This document shows positions 19,805 to 29,608 of a stretch of 64,000 nt of DNA, piece by piece. The notes beneath the pieces were generated by a model, which saw nothing but the letters and a program-made list of their open reading frames with translations, had not been told where the DNA came from and ran no database searches. The first letter of the stretch is position 1. Each line of letters opens with the position of its first letter. The DNA is from Candidatus Latescibacterota bacterium (lineage in GTDB: Bacteria; Latescibacterota; UBA2968; UBA8231): contig OZ252098.1 in assembly GCA_965248355.1 (NCBI GenBank), positions 3,264,001 through 3,328,000 of the forward strand, given 5' to 3'. The position numbers and the translations under genes were made by a program.

Positions 19805-20106
19805 AGGCGCAGGTTCCTCAGGAACAGTTGCACGATCTGGATCAGAAGGATCAGGACCAGGGGGGTGAAGTCCAACCCGGAGGACCACAGGAACCGCGGT
19901 ATGTAGCGGCGCAGGCCCTCGAGGACCGGGTCGGTCAAGCCGCGCAGGATCAGCACGAGACGATTGTACGGGTCGGGGTTGACCCAGGAGATGATGACCC
20001 GGGCCAGGACGATGACCAGGTAGACCGTCAGCAGGCCGTCGATCAGGCCGATGACCCCGCCGAGAAAACCGGAGCCGTCGAAGAGGGACAGCTCGGACTC
20101 GCGCAC
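19801..20106 (-). CDS. yggT: YggT family membrane protein
   Basis: IISWVNPDPYN...LTDPVL...GLDFTP; start uncertain. Confidence 0.85.
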   Translation of the reverse strand: MRESELSLFDGSGFLGGVIGLIDGLLTVYLVIVLARVIISWVNPDPYNRLVLILRGLTDPVLEGLRRYIPRFLWSSGLDFTPLVLILLIQIVQLFLRNLRL

Positions 20107-20109
20107 GGC

Positions 20110-20823
20110 TCAGCTCTCCCGGACGGAGGCCGCCGTCGCGGACGGTCTGGGGCCGAAGACGGCGGTGCCGACGCGGATCATGGTGGAACCCTCCTCGATG
20201 GCCATCTCGTAGTCGCCGCTCATCCCCATGGACAGGGTGGTCATCTCCGCCGACGTGCCCTCGGCGAGGCGGCGGCCGAGGTCCCGCAACCGGCGGAAGC
20301 AGTCCCGCACCCGCGCCTCCTCTTCGGTATGGGCGGCGATCGTCATCAGGCCCCGGACCCGTATGCCCTCGAGGTCGGCCGCGGCCTCCGCCAGGGCGGG
20401 CAGGTCCTCCGGATCGGCGCCACCCTGGGTCCGGGCGCCCGCCGTGTTGACCTGGAGCAGCACCTCGACGGTGCGGCCGGCCCCGCGGGCCCGGCGCGAG
20501 AGCGCCTCGGCGAGCCGGAGGGTGTCCACGGACTGCACCACATCGAAGACCTCGACGGCGCCACCCGCCTTGTTGCGCTGCAGCCCCCCCACCAAGTGCC
20601 AGCGAGCGGGCGCCTCCAGGGCCTCCCGCTTGGGACCGGCCTCCTGAACGCGGTTCTCACCGATGTCCGTGACGCCCGCCTCCAAGGCCGCGGCCACCTC
20701 CCGAACGCTGCGGCCCTTCGTGACAACGACCACCTGCACCTGGTCCGGCCCCCGTCCCGCGCGCTCGGCGGCCTCGGCGACGCGCCGCCTGACGTCCTCC
20801 CAGTTGCGCGCGATGGGGTTCAT
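20110..20823 (-). CDS. yggS: PLP homeostasis protein YggS
   Basis: VVTK, GENRVQE, WHLVGGLQRNK, GLMT, LSMGMSGDY and IRVGTAVFG. Confidence 0.93.
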   Translation of the reverse strand: MNPIARNWEDVRRRVAEAAERAGRGPDQVQVVVVTKGRSVREVAAALEAGVTDIGENRVQEAGPKREALEAPARWHLVGGLQRNKAGGAVEVFDVVQSVDTLRLAEALSRRARGAGRTVEVLLQVNTAGARTQGGADPEDLPALAEAAADLEGIRVRGLMTIAAHTEEEARVRDCFRRLRDLGRRLAEGTSAEMTTLSMGMSGDYEMAIEEGSTMIRVGTAVFGPRPSATAASVRES

Positions 20824-20897
20824 GAACGGCTTGTGCACGAGATAGACCCCGGAAGGTACTGGGCGCGCGGAACAGGCACAAGAACGGGTCCCCGGAC

Positions 20898-22115
20898 CTA
20901 TTCCCCCCCGTCCCCTCGACGGATCAGGGGGCCGAGGACCGCCAGCAGGACGCCGCAGAGGAGCAGGTCCGCCAGCACGACCCGCCTGAGAAGGTCGGCG
21001 TGCTCCGGGGTCAGGACCCGCGCGAAGCCCTGACTTCCCCCCAGCACCAGGTCCCCGGCGATGAGCCCCCTGGGTAGCAGCAGCCATCCGGACCGGCGTG
21101 AGAACTCCCCGCTCGATGGCAGGGGATACCACAGGGCTGGTCCCATGGCGCGCGCCACCACGAGGACTCCGAACTGGGCGAGGACGATCTGGTACGGCCA
21201 GGAGGCCTGGGGCGGCAACAGCGGGAGGGCGTCTGTCGAGACCACGAGGAAGGCGGCGAAGAGCAGGATGGAGATCGGACGGACCGGCGCCAGCCGCCGC
21301 TCTAGATCTCCTCCGGGGCCCTCCCGCGCGCCCAGGAGAAGACCGGCCCCGAGCCCTGCGGGGAGAGACGGCAGGCCGGCGTGGAAGGCGTAACAGGCGC
21401 CGGTGAGGGTGAGCGCGCCAAGGGCGAGCAGGGCCCCGTCCCGCCGGTCCAGTATCCCCGTCCACCTCAGAGCCTCGGCCGCGGCCGCCCCGGCGGCGCC
21501 GGAGAGCAACAGGGAGCCGACCCACTCCCGGGCCTCGGCGGCGACCCAGCGCGATCCGGCCTCGAGCAGCAGGACCGCGGCGAGCAGGAGCAGGGCCACG
21601 GCGGAGCCGAGCAGGCCGATGACCTGGGCTTCCCGCCCGCGCCAGAAGTCGGCCGCCAGGGGCCCCCAGAAGGAAGCCATGGCGGCCAGCACGAGGGCCA
21701 CGGGCAAGGGGAGCCCGCCGGCGAGGCCGAGGACCGCCGCCAGGGCCGCAAAGGTGACAACGGTGGAGCCGGCCACGACCACGGGCAGCCGCCAGTTCCG
21801 GCGCTCCGCCGGCCAGCGGGCTCCCAGACCTGCGAGCAGCCCCGCCCACATGCCGGCGCCGGTGCCGGCGAGAGACAGCAGGGGCTCCCGGGAGGCGTCG
21901 ATCGCCGACAGGACCGAAGGGCCGAGGAGAAAGGCGGCGAGGATCCATCCCGTCAGCGCCGGCAGGCCGGCCCGGGCGAGAACCCCCTGGGCGGTGACCG
22001 CCAGCAGGAGCAGGGCCCCGAACCCCCACAGGGACTCATACCCGCTGTGCACCGCCGGCGGCGGGGCCAGCGCCGCAAGGGCCAGGAGGATGGCACAGAC
22101 TCCGAAGCTGCGCAT
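20898..22115 (-). CDS. Polytopic membrane protein, possibly cation:proton antiporter-like
   Basis: About 11-12 hydrophobic segments; FLLGPSVL and LLLPRG motifs; fills the gap between secDF and yggS. Confidence 0.55.
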   Translation of the reverse strand: MRSFGVCAILLALAALAPPPAVHSGYESLWGFGALLLLAVTAQGVLARAGLPALTGWILAAFLLGPSVLSAIDASREPLLSLAGTGAGMWAGLLAGLGARWPAERRNWRLPVVVAGSTVVTFAALAAVLGLAGGLPLPVALVLAAMASFWGPLAADFWRGREAQVIGLLGSAVALLLLAAVLLLEAGSRWVAAEAREWVGSLLLSGAAGAAAAEALRWTGILDRRDGALLALGALTLTGACYAFHAGLPSLPAGLGAGLLLGAREGPGGDLERRLAPVRPISILLFAAFLVVSTDALPLLPPQASWPYQIVLAQFGVLVVARAMGPALWYPLPSSGEFSRRSGWLLLPRGLIAGDLVLGGSQGFARVLTPEHADLLRRVVLADLLLCGVLLAVLGPLIRRGDGGE

Positions 22116-22146
22116 GGGCGGACCGGCCTGCCGAGGCGGTCGGCCT

Positions 22147-24765
22147 TCAGCCCTCCTTGTCGGCGCCCTCCGCGCGCAGGTGGCCGTAGTACAGGGTCGG
22201 GCTGGCGATGAACACGGACGAGTAGGTACCGACCAGGATGCCGATCAGCAGGGTGATGGTGAAGTCGCGGATGACCTCGCCTCCCCAGACCATCAGCACG
22301 AGGACGGCGATGAGGGTTGTCACCGAGGTCACCACCGTACGGCTCAGGCACTCGTTGATGCTGACGTCGATCAGCCCCGAGAAGCTCAACCGCCGGGAGC
22401 TGCGCAGGTTCTCGCGGATGCGGTCGAAGACCACGATCGTGTCGTTCAGGGAGTAACCGACGATGGCCAGGATGGCCGCGACCACGGCCAGGGTGATCTC
22501 CATATCGAGCAGGGAAAGGAGGCCGAGGGTGAGCAGCACGTCGTGGAACAGGGCCACCACGGCGGCGATGCCGTACAGGAACTGCTTGAAACGCCAGGCC
22601 ATGTACACGAGGATCAGGGCGAGGGAGAGGGCCACGGCGCGCAGGGCGGCGCCGGTGAGCTCTTCACCGATCCTCGGCCCCACCTTCTCCTGCCGCCGCA
22701 CCCATTCCCCGTCCTCCACGCTTCCCGCCAGGGCCGCCCGCAGCGTCGCTTTGATGGCGTCGGCCACATCGGTGCCCGTCTCGCTTTCGGCGACGCGGAT
22801 CAGGATGTCGTTGGCGCTTCCGAAGTTCTTGATCTCGCTCGAGCTCAGATCGAGGGTCCGGCCGTCGACGTCGACGCGGCTCAGCGGATCCCGCACCTGC
22901 TCGATCTCGACGGGCGGATCGAAGTGGAGCTCGAGCAGAGTGCCGCCGGCGAAGTCGATGCCCGGCTGCAATCCGTTGAAGGCGACGATGGAGGCGACGC
23001 CGAGGGCCAGGATCATGCCCGATCCCGCCATGGCCATCTTCCTCAGGGACAGGAAGGGGATGCCCGTCTTGGACAGGATGCCCACCGGGCCGATGCTGAG
23101 TCCGCCCGGGCCGGTCCTCGAGGTGACGAGGTCCAGGATCGAGCGGGTGACGATCAAGGCGGTGAACAGGCTCGATACGATGCCGATGCACAGGGTGAGG
23201 GCGAAGCCGCGGACCGGTCCCGTGCCGAACTCGTAGAGGACGATGCCCACCATGAACGTCGTCAGATTGGCGTCGACGATGGCGGAAAGGGCGTTGCCGT
23301 AGCCCGAGTCGATGGCGGCGCGCACCGTCTTGCCCGTGCGCAGTTCCTCTCGGATGCGCTCGAAGATCAGCACGTTGGCGTCGACCGCCATGCCGATGGT
23401 GAGGATGATGCCGGCGATGCCCGGAAGGGTCAGGGTGGCGTTGAAGCCCGCGAGCACGGCCATCACGAAGAGGATGTTGAGGGCCAGCGCCAGGTCGGCC
23501 ACGAGGCCGACGAAGCGGTAGGAGGCCAGCATGAAGAGGGCCACCACGGCCATGCTGATGAGGGCCGCCACCCGGCCCTGCTCGATCGAGTCGCGTCCGA
23601 GGGAGGGGCCCACGGTGCGGTCCTCGATGATCTCCACCTTGGCCGGCAGGGCGCCGGCGCGAAGAACGATGGCCAGGTCCTTGGCCTCCTCCTCGGAGGC
23701 CATACCGGTGATTTGGGACTGGCCGTTCATGATCTTGACCTGGATCGTGGGGGCCATGTAGACGGCCCCGTCGAGGACGATGGCCAGGCGCTCGCCCACG
23801 TGGGCGCCGGTGACTCGCCGGAACAGGCGCACGCCCTCGTCGGTAGTCTGCAGACTGACCACCGCCTGCCCGAGGTACTCCACGCTCTGGCTGATGGAGA
23901 CCTGGGCGTCGGCGATCAGGGCGCCCGTCATCTCGGGCTTGGCGCGCACCAGGTGGAGCAGGTAGTAGGGCGTGCCCTCCGGCCCCTCGGGACGGCTGCT
24001 GAAGAGGATCTCCACATCGCCGGGGATGACGTCCTGGGTCCGGGGGTCGGCGAGCAGGGCCCTCACCGCCGCCAGGTCCCGCTGCAGCACGCCGATCTGG
24101 CCGCCGACCTGAACCAGGCGGGAGAGCAGGCCGCCGCCCTTTTCCTCCTCCGCCTCCGGCTCGTCCTCGAACAGACCCCCCGCCGCCGTGCTGTCGGCCG
24201 CGAACAGGCTCGGGGCATCCTCCACGGGATCGGAGTCCGCCGCTTCGGCGCCGGACTCCTCCGGCTCCTCGTCACGGCTGCGCCCCACCGCCAGCACCGC
24301 GTCGATGCGCTCCAGCAGCCGCGTGCGGTCCTCGTCCGGCTCCACGAGCTGAAACTCGAGCAGCGCCGTCCGGCCGATCAGGTTCTTGGCCCGGTCCACG
24401 TCCTGCAGGCCCGGCAGCTCGACGATGATGCGGTTCTCCCCCTGGCGCTGGATCGTCGGCTCGGCCACGCCGAACTGGTCGACGCGGTTGCGGATCACCT
24501 CCTGGGCGCGGTCCACGGCGTCGCGAGCCTCCTCCTCCGACAGGCCCTCGCGGTCGACCTCCATCACGAGGTGGATCCCTCCCTGGAGGTCGAGCCCGAG
24601 GTTGATGGCCCGCTTCTGCAGATCGTAGAACGCCGATGGCCGGTCGTGCTCCATCCGCTGCCTCTCGCCCGGGTCCATGCTGTAGAACTGGACCGTCGGG
24701 TAGAGGTGGTAAGTGGCGGTGGCCAGCAGGGCCAGGATCAGCAGGGCTTTCCAGTTCTGTCTCAT
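22147..24765 (-). CDS. secDF: Fused protein translocase subunit SecDF
   Basis: LGLDLQGG, RVDQFGVAEP, GMAVDANVLIFERIREE, GIDFAGG and GYSLNDTIVVFDRIREN. Confidence 0.96.
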   Translation of the reverse strand: MRQNWKALLILALLATATYHLYPTVQFYSMDPGERQRMEHDRPSAFYDLQKRAINLGLDLQGGIHLVMEVDREGLSEEEARDAVDRAQEVIRNRVDQFGVAEPTIQRQGENRIIVELPGLQDVDRAKNLIGRTALLEFQLVEPDEDRTRLLERIDAVLAVGRSRDEEPEESGAEAADSDPVEDAPSLFAADSTAAGGLFEDEPEAEEEKGGGLLSRLVQVGGQIGVLQRDLAAVRALLADPRTQDVIPGDVEILFSSRPEGPEGTPYYLLHLVRAKPEMTGALIADAQVSISQSVEYLGQAVVSLQTTDEGVRLFRRVTGAHVGERLAIVLDGAVYMAPTIQVKIMNGQSQITGMASEEEAKDLAIVLRAGALPAKVEIIEDRTVGPSLGRDSIEQGRVAALISMAVVALFMLASYRFVGLVADLALALNILFVMAVLAGFNATLTLPGIAGIILTIGMAVDANVLIFERIREELRTGKTVRAAIDSGYGNALSAIVDANLTTFMVGIVLYEFGTGPVRGFALTLCIGIVSSLFTALIVTRSILDLVTSRTGPGGLSIGPVGILSKTGIPFLSLRKMAMAGSGMILALGVASIVAFNGLQPGIDFAGGTLLELHFDPPVEIEQVRDPLSRVDVDGRTLDLSSSEIKNFGSANDILIRVAESETGTDVADAIKATLRAALAGSVEDGEWVRRQEKVGPRIGEELTGAALRAVALSLALILVYMAWRFKQFLYGIAAVVALFHDVLLTLGLLSLLDMEITLAVVAAILAIVGYSLNDTIVVFDRIRENLRSSRRLSFSGLIDVSINECLSRTVVTSVTTLIAVLVLMVWGGEVIRDFTITLLIGILVGTYSSVFIASPTLYYGHLRAEGADKEG

Positions 24766-24808
24766 CGGCTTCGCTTGCGGTGACCCGAGGAGCGGGTCGG
24801 GTAAAGGT

Positions 24809-25831
24809 TCACGGCGACGCGGGACCGTGCGCCGAGGCGGACTGGATGCGGCCCCTCAATCCGGCCGAGTGGACGCGCCGCAGCCGGCCCCCGTCCTCGT
24901 AGTACACCATCACCTCCAGACTCTCGTCGTGGGCCGCCCACTCAAGGGCCGGGCCCGGTCCGGCGACGAAGGCCGCCGTGGCCAGGACATCGGCCTCCAG
25001 GGCGGTGGGGGCCCACACCGTGGCGCTGACCGCCCTCCCGGCCGGATACCCGGTGGCCGGATCGAGCAGGTGGTGGTACCGGCGGCCCTGGAACTCGAAG
25101 ACCTGCTCGTAGTCGCCGGAGGTGGCCAGCGCCGGCAGCCCCACGTCCTCCACGGCCACGGTATCCGCCGGGTCGCGGGGGTGCTGCACGCCGAACCGCC
25201 AGTCCCGTCCGTCGGGCTTGCGCCCCCAGAACCGGAGGTCGCCTCCGGCCTCGACGACGCCCGCCTCCACCCCGGCCGCCTGCAGCAGGGCCACGGTGCG
25301 GTCGACGACGTGGCCCTTGGCGGCCGCCCCCAGATCGAGCCGCATACCGGGCCGGTCGAAGATCAGCCGGCCCTCACGCAGACGCAGGTGCTCGAAACCG
25401 CAGGAGGCCAGCGCCGAATCGATCGCGGCCGGCGCCGGTGGGCGCCGAGCCTCCGGGAACCCCCACAGCGCCGTCAGCGCTCCCAGGACCGGGTCGAAGG
25501 CCCCGTCCGTGCGCCGGGCCAGCTCGAGAGCGGGCGACAGGACCTGCTCCAACTCCTCGGACAGCGTCGCCGGCTGCCCCGGGGCGGTTCCATGCAGCCG
25601 GGCTACCTCGCTCGACCCTCCGCAGTGCAGCGTCGAGTCCAGGCGGTCGATCAGGGCCCAGGCCCGCCCGAAGAGCGGCCACGCCTGGTCCTCGTCGACG
25701 AACAGGGCCACGCGCACCACCGTGCCCATGGCCACGTGATAGCCCTCGACGGGAATGGCGGGGCCGGCTCTCGGCAACAGCCAGAGGAGCGCGGCCAGCC
25801 CCGCGAGCCCCGTCAGGACCCTGGCCTTCAA
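24809..25831 (-). CDS. apbE: FAD:protein FMN transferase
   Basis: AMGT, GAFDP, LDLGAAAKG, GGDL, ATSGDYE, HHLLDPATG and ADVLATA. Confidence 0.92.
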   Translation of the reverse strand: MKARVLTGLAGLAALLWLLPRAGPAIPVEGYHVAMGTVVRVALFVDEDQAWPLFGRAWALIDRLDSTLHCGGSSEVARLHGTAPGQPATLSEELEQVLSPALELARRTDGAFDPVLGALTALWGFPEARRPPAPAAIDSALASCGFEHLRLREGRLIFDRPGMRLDLGAAAKGHVVDRTVALLQAAGVEAGVVEAGGDLRFWGRKPDGRDWRFGVQHPRDPADTVAVEDVGLPALATSGDYEQVFEFQGRRYHHLLDPATGYPAGRAVSATVWAPTALEADVLATAAFVAGPGPALEWAAHDESLEVMVYYEDGGRLRRVHSAGLRGRIQSASAHGPASP

Positions 25832-25838
25832 GGCCCGG

Positions 25839-26825
25839 TCAGCTGTCTCGCTCGACCACCAGGCGCACCGTCGTCTCCAGGATCGTGCGCTCCACGGAGG
25901 GCCCGAGCACCTCCAGGCACGCCTGGGCGCGGTCGGCGCACTCCCGCGCCGTGGCGCTGGCCGCGGCCACCCCCTGGCGCCGGTCGACGAAGTCGAACAC
26001 CCGGTTCCAGTCCTCCTCGTCGGGCTCCGGAGCGGACAGCACGCGGACGATCTCGGCGCGCTCCACCTCGGAAGCCGCCGCCAGGGACTTGATCAGGGGC
26101 AGGGTGATCTTGCGCTCCCGCAGATCCCGGCCCACCGGCTTGCCGAGGGTCGACTCGTCTCCGGTGAAGTCGAGGATGTCGTCGGCGATCTGGAAGGCCA
26201 GGCCCAGGGATTCGCCGTACCTCGTCAGGCCATCGACCATCTCCCGGGGCGCACCGGCCAGCAGCGGACCGATGCGGCAGGCGGCGGAGATCAGGGACGC
26301 CGTCTTGTCGCCCACCATGGCGAAATAGGAGGTTTCGCTCGTGTCGGCGTGCAGCCCGATCTGGAACTCGAAGATCTCGCCCTTGCTCAACCGCTCCGTA
26401 GCCCGGGAAACCGTCTCCAGCACCTTCAGGTCGCCCAGGCTGACCAGCAGGCACAGGGCCCGGGCCAGAAGGAAGTCGCCCATCAGGACGGCGACGTGGT
26501 CGTTCCACTTGCTGTTGACCGTCGCCTGGCCCCGCCGCGTTCCGGCTCCGTCCACCACATCGTCGTGAATCACCGTGGCGGCGTGGATCATCTCCAGGCC
26601 AACCCCGGCGTCGATGACGCGATCGTCCCAGCTCCCCGTGGCGCGGGTGCACAGCACGGTGAGAGCGGGGCGCAGGCGCTTGCCCTTGAGGGTGGCCATG
26701 TAACGGGCCACCTGGTGGACCATGTCGACGTCGGCCTGAAGCATCTCGTCCAGGCGCCGTTCGAAGTGATCGATCTCCTTCTGTATGGGCCCGAGCATCT
26801 GGCCCAGCGATCCGGAGGAGGTCAT
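25839..26825 (-). CDS. Polyprenyl diphosphate synthase (IspB-like)
   Basis: GKRLRP, HDDVVD...RRG, KTA, FQIADDILD and GKPVGRDLRE. Confidence 0.93.
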   Translation of the reverse strand: MTSSGSLGQMLGPIQKEIDHFERRLDEMLQADVDMVHQVARYMATLKGKRLRPALTVLCTRATGSWDDRVIDAGVGLEMIHAATVIHDDVVDGAGTRRGQATVNSKWNDHVAVLMGDFLLARALCLLVSLGDLKVLETVSRATERLSKGEIFEFQIGLHADTSETSYFAMVGDKTASLISAACRIGPLLAGAPREMVDGLTRYGESLGLAFQIADDILDFTGDESTLGKPVGRDLRERKITLPLIKSLAAASEVERAEIVRVLSAPEPDEEDWNRVFDFVDRRQGVAAASATARECADRAQACLEVLGPSVERTILETTVRLVVERDS

Positions 26826-26889
26826 CGGACGGGGCGTCGCGGTCACGCGGCGGCGGTTGTGAAGGGGAGTAACTTCGGGGAAAAGATGA

Positions 26890-26918
26890 ACACTAACGAA
26901 GCATGGATTCACTGTCAA
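26890..26918 (-). promoter_or_regulatory. Sigma-70-type promoter for the polyprenyl synthase-apbE-secDF run
   Basis: Minus strand TTGACA-17 nt-TAGTGT. Confidence 0.6.
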
Positions 26919-26935
26919 CGAGCCATCCGGGCCCT

Positions 26936-28096
26936 CTAGCGGCCGGCGTACATGCGCCCCGGGTTGAAGAGGCCGTGAGGATCGAGGGTGCTCTTGAGGG
27001 TTGCGTTCAGCCGGGCGACACCGGCGCTCAGGGGGGTGAAGGCGTGCGGGTTGGCATCCCCGGGTCCCGTGGCCAGGCGCGCCGCGGCACCCTCCACCCC
27101 CTGCGCGGCCTCGTGCACGGAAGCGGCGTCGGCGGCGGCCGGCAGGACCGCCCACAGCAGCCCGCCGCCCCAGTCGAGACCGCTGCGCCGCAGACCGAAG
27201 GGAGTCATGGCCGAGACCGCCGCAGCGGCCTTCGAGGGCGGCACCACGACCCGCCACAGGGCCTCGTCCGCAGCCGGCTGGTACGGCTCCGCCTCCCGCA
27301 GGGCGGCCCACTGCCGGGCCGAGTCCTCCGCGTCCAGCACCTCCGCGGGACCAGGCGCCTCCGGGACCAGCCGCTCGACCTGCTGCGCCACCCCCTTCTC
27401 CGAGCCCTCGATGCGGGCCAGGAGACGACCTTCGGCGTCGACGGAGAGGCCGCTGATCTGCTCGGCGCGGCGCGACCATTCGAGCAGGCCCGCGCCGGCG
27501 GCGGCGGGCGACAGCCCGCTCACCACCAGGGTGCGTTCCGTGGCCGGCCGCGGCCACAGCTTCAGGCACACCTCGGTGAGAGGGCCCAGGGTTCCGAAGG
27601 CGCCCACGGTGACCCGCCACAGATCGTATCCGGTCACGTTCTTCACGACCCGTCCACCCGCCCGGAGCCGCCGGCCGCGGCCGTCGACGAGCTCGACGCC
27701 GAGAACGAAGTCGCGCACCGAGCCGGCCTGGAACCGCCGAGGACCCGCCCAGCCGCAGCCCAGGGTCCCGCCGAGAGTGGCCGCCTCGCCCCAGTGCGGG
27801 GGCTCGAAGGCCAGCTGCTGGCCGCGCACGGCCAGCATCCCCTCCACCTCCCGCAGCCGGGTCCCCGGCCGGGCCACCAGGATCAGCTCCTCGGGCTCGT
27901 AGGTGACCACGCCGGTCAGCCGCGACAGGTCCACCCGCGTGGCCTCGGACGGGGCCCGTCCCAGACGGGCCTTCGTACCCCCGGCGCGCAGCTCGAGCCG
28001 CCTCCCTGAACCCGCCGCGTCGCGCACCAGTTCCTCCACCTCGGAGGCGTCGGACGGCCGCAGGACCTGTTGGGGAGAGGGGGCTGAGGCAGCCAC
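26936..28096 (-). CDS. glcE: Glycolate oxidase subunit GlcE-like FAD protein
   Basis: YEPEEL, LAFEPP, ATLGG, RDFVLG, GGRVVKNVTGYDL, DWGGGL and DPHGLFNPGR. Confidence 0.88.
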   Translation of the reverse strand: MAASAPSPQQVLRPSDASEVEELVRDAAGSGRRLELRAGGTKARLGRAPSEATRVDLSRLTGVVTYEPEELILVARPGTRLREVEGMLAVRGQQLAFEPPHWGEAATLGGTLGCGWAGPRRFQAGSVRDFVLGVELVDGRGRRLRAGGRVVKNVTGYDLWRVTVGAFGTLGPLTEVCLKLWPRPATERTLVVSGLSPAAAGAGLLEWSRRAEQISGLSVDAEGRLLARIEGSEKGVAQQVERLVPEAPGPAEVLDAEDSARQWAALREAEPYQPAADEALWRVVVPPSKAAAAVSAMTPFGLRRSGLDWGGGLLWAVLPAAADAASVHEAAQGVEGAAARLATGPGDANPHAFTPLSAGVARLNATLKSTLDPHGLFNPGRMYAGR

Positions 28097-28126
28097 GGGC
28101 GGAAGGAACCGGCGGGATCCGGGCCC

Positions 28127-29608
28127 TCAGAAGCGCTCGAGCTCGGCGAAGGGCAGGCGGCCCCCCTGCACGTGCATGCGGCCTTCGGCGCAGGTTCGCA
28201 GTCTCGGGTAGACCTTGCCCGGGTTGAGGACGGCCTCCGGGTCGAAGGCGCGCTTCAGCTCCTCCTGCAGGTCGAGCTCGTCGTCGGACAGCTGGCAGGG
28301 CATGAGATCCATCTTCTCCACCCCGATGCCGTGCTCGCCGGAGAGCACGCCGCCGACCTCGACGCACAGCTTCAGGATCTCCCCGCCGAGCTCCTCGGCC
28401 CGCTCGAGCTCACCGGCGCTGCTGTCGTAGAGCACCAGGGGGTGCAGGTTGCCGTCGCCGGCGTGGAAGACGTTGGCCACGCGCAGGCCGTAGACCTCGG
28501 ACAGGTGGGCGATCCGTTCCAGCACCTCGGGGAGCCGTCCCCGGGGGATGGTGCCGTCCATGCAGTAGTAGTCGGGGCTGATCCGGCCCATGGCGGGGAA
28601 GGCCGCCTTGCGGCCGGCCCACAGCCGCTGCCGCTCCTCGGGCGAGTCCGCCCGGCGCACCTCCGGGGAGCCGGCGTCGCGCACGAGCCGCTCCACGGCG
28701 GCGATCTGCTCGTCCACCTCGGCGGCGGGGCCGTCCACCTCCACCAGCAGCAGGGACTCCACACCGAGGGGGTAGCCGCAACCGAGGAAGTCCTCCACGG
28801 CCTCGATGGACAGGCGGTCCATGATCTCCATGCCCGCGGGGACGAGGCCGGACCCGATGATGGCGGCCACGGCGCCTCCGGCGGCGGCCACCGAGTCGAA
28901 GACGGCCATCAGCGCCCGCGCCGACTCCGGCTTCGGCAGGATGCGCAGAGTCGCCCGGGTGATCACGCACAGAAGCCCCTCCGAGCCCGTGAACAGGGCG
29001 AGCAGGTCGTACCCGGCCCGCTCCAGGGCCCCCGAGCCGATGTCGACGATCTCGCCGTCGGAGAGCACGACTTGCAGACCGAGGAGGTTGTTCGTCGTGG
29101 TGCCGTACTTCAGGCAGTGCACGCCGCCGGCGTTCTCGGCCACGTTGCCGCCGATGGTGCAGGCGATCTGGCTCGATGGATCGGGGGCGTAGTAGAAGCC
29201 GTGGGGTGCCACCGCGTGGGTGACCGAGAGATTGGGAACACCCGGCTCGACGGTGACGGTGCGGTTCTCGGCGTCCACGTGGAGGACGCGGTTCATCCTC
29301 GCCGTGCTGAGGACGATGCCGTCCCCCAGCGGCAGGGCGCCCCCGGAGAGCCCGGTGCCGGCGCCCCAGGGGACGACCGGGATGTCGAGCTCCGTGCAGG
29401 CGCGCAGCAGCTCGGAGACCTGCTCGGCCGATGTCGGCAGGGCCACGGCCAGGGGCGCCTGGCGGTAGGCGGACAGGCCGTCGCACTCGTAGGCCACCAG
29501 GTCCTCCGGCCGGTGGATGAGACCTCCCTCGTCGACGAGCCGCCGCAGGCGCCGCACGAGGTCGGAGCGCCTGGCCAGACGCTGCGGCTGCGGCTCGGCC
29601 AGGTTCAT
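28127..29608 (-). CDS. glcD: Glycolate oxidase subunit GlcD-like FAD-linked oxidase
   Basis: YECDGL, GAGTGLSGGA, PDPSSQIACTIGGN, HCLKYG, HAGDGNLHP and GEHGIG. Confidence 0.92.
   Translation of the reverse strand: MNLAEPQPQRLARRSDLVRRLRRLVDEGGLIHRPEDLVAYECDGLSAYRQAPLAVALPTSAEQVSELLRACTELDIPVVPWGAGTGLSGGALPLGDGIVLSTARMNRVLHVDAENRTVTVEPGVPNLSVTHAVAPHGFYYAPDPSSQIACTIGGNVAENAGGVHCLKYGTTTNNLLGLQVVLSDGEIVDIGSGALERAGYDLLALFTGSEGLLCVITRATLRILPKPESARALMAVFDSVAAAGGAVAAIIGSGLVPAGMEIMDRLSIEAVEDFLGCGYPLGVESLLLVEVDGPAAEVDEQIAAVERLVRDAGSPEVRRADSPEERQRLWAGRKAAFPAMGRISPDYYCMDGTIPRGRLPEVLERIAHLSEVYGLRVANVFHAGDGNLHPLVLYDSSAGELERAEELGGEILKLCVEVGGVLSGEHGIGVEKMDLMPCQLSDDELDLQEELKRAFDPEAVLNPGKVYPRLRTCAEGRMHVQGGRLPFAELERF

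Noticed and set aside
19801..19900. T-box leader for ileS
   Set aside because: The ileS start overlaps the yggT stop, so there is no leader.
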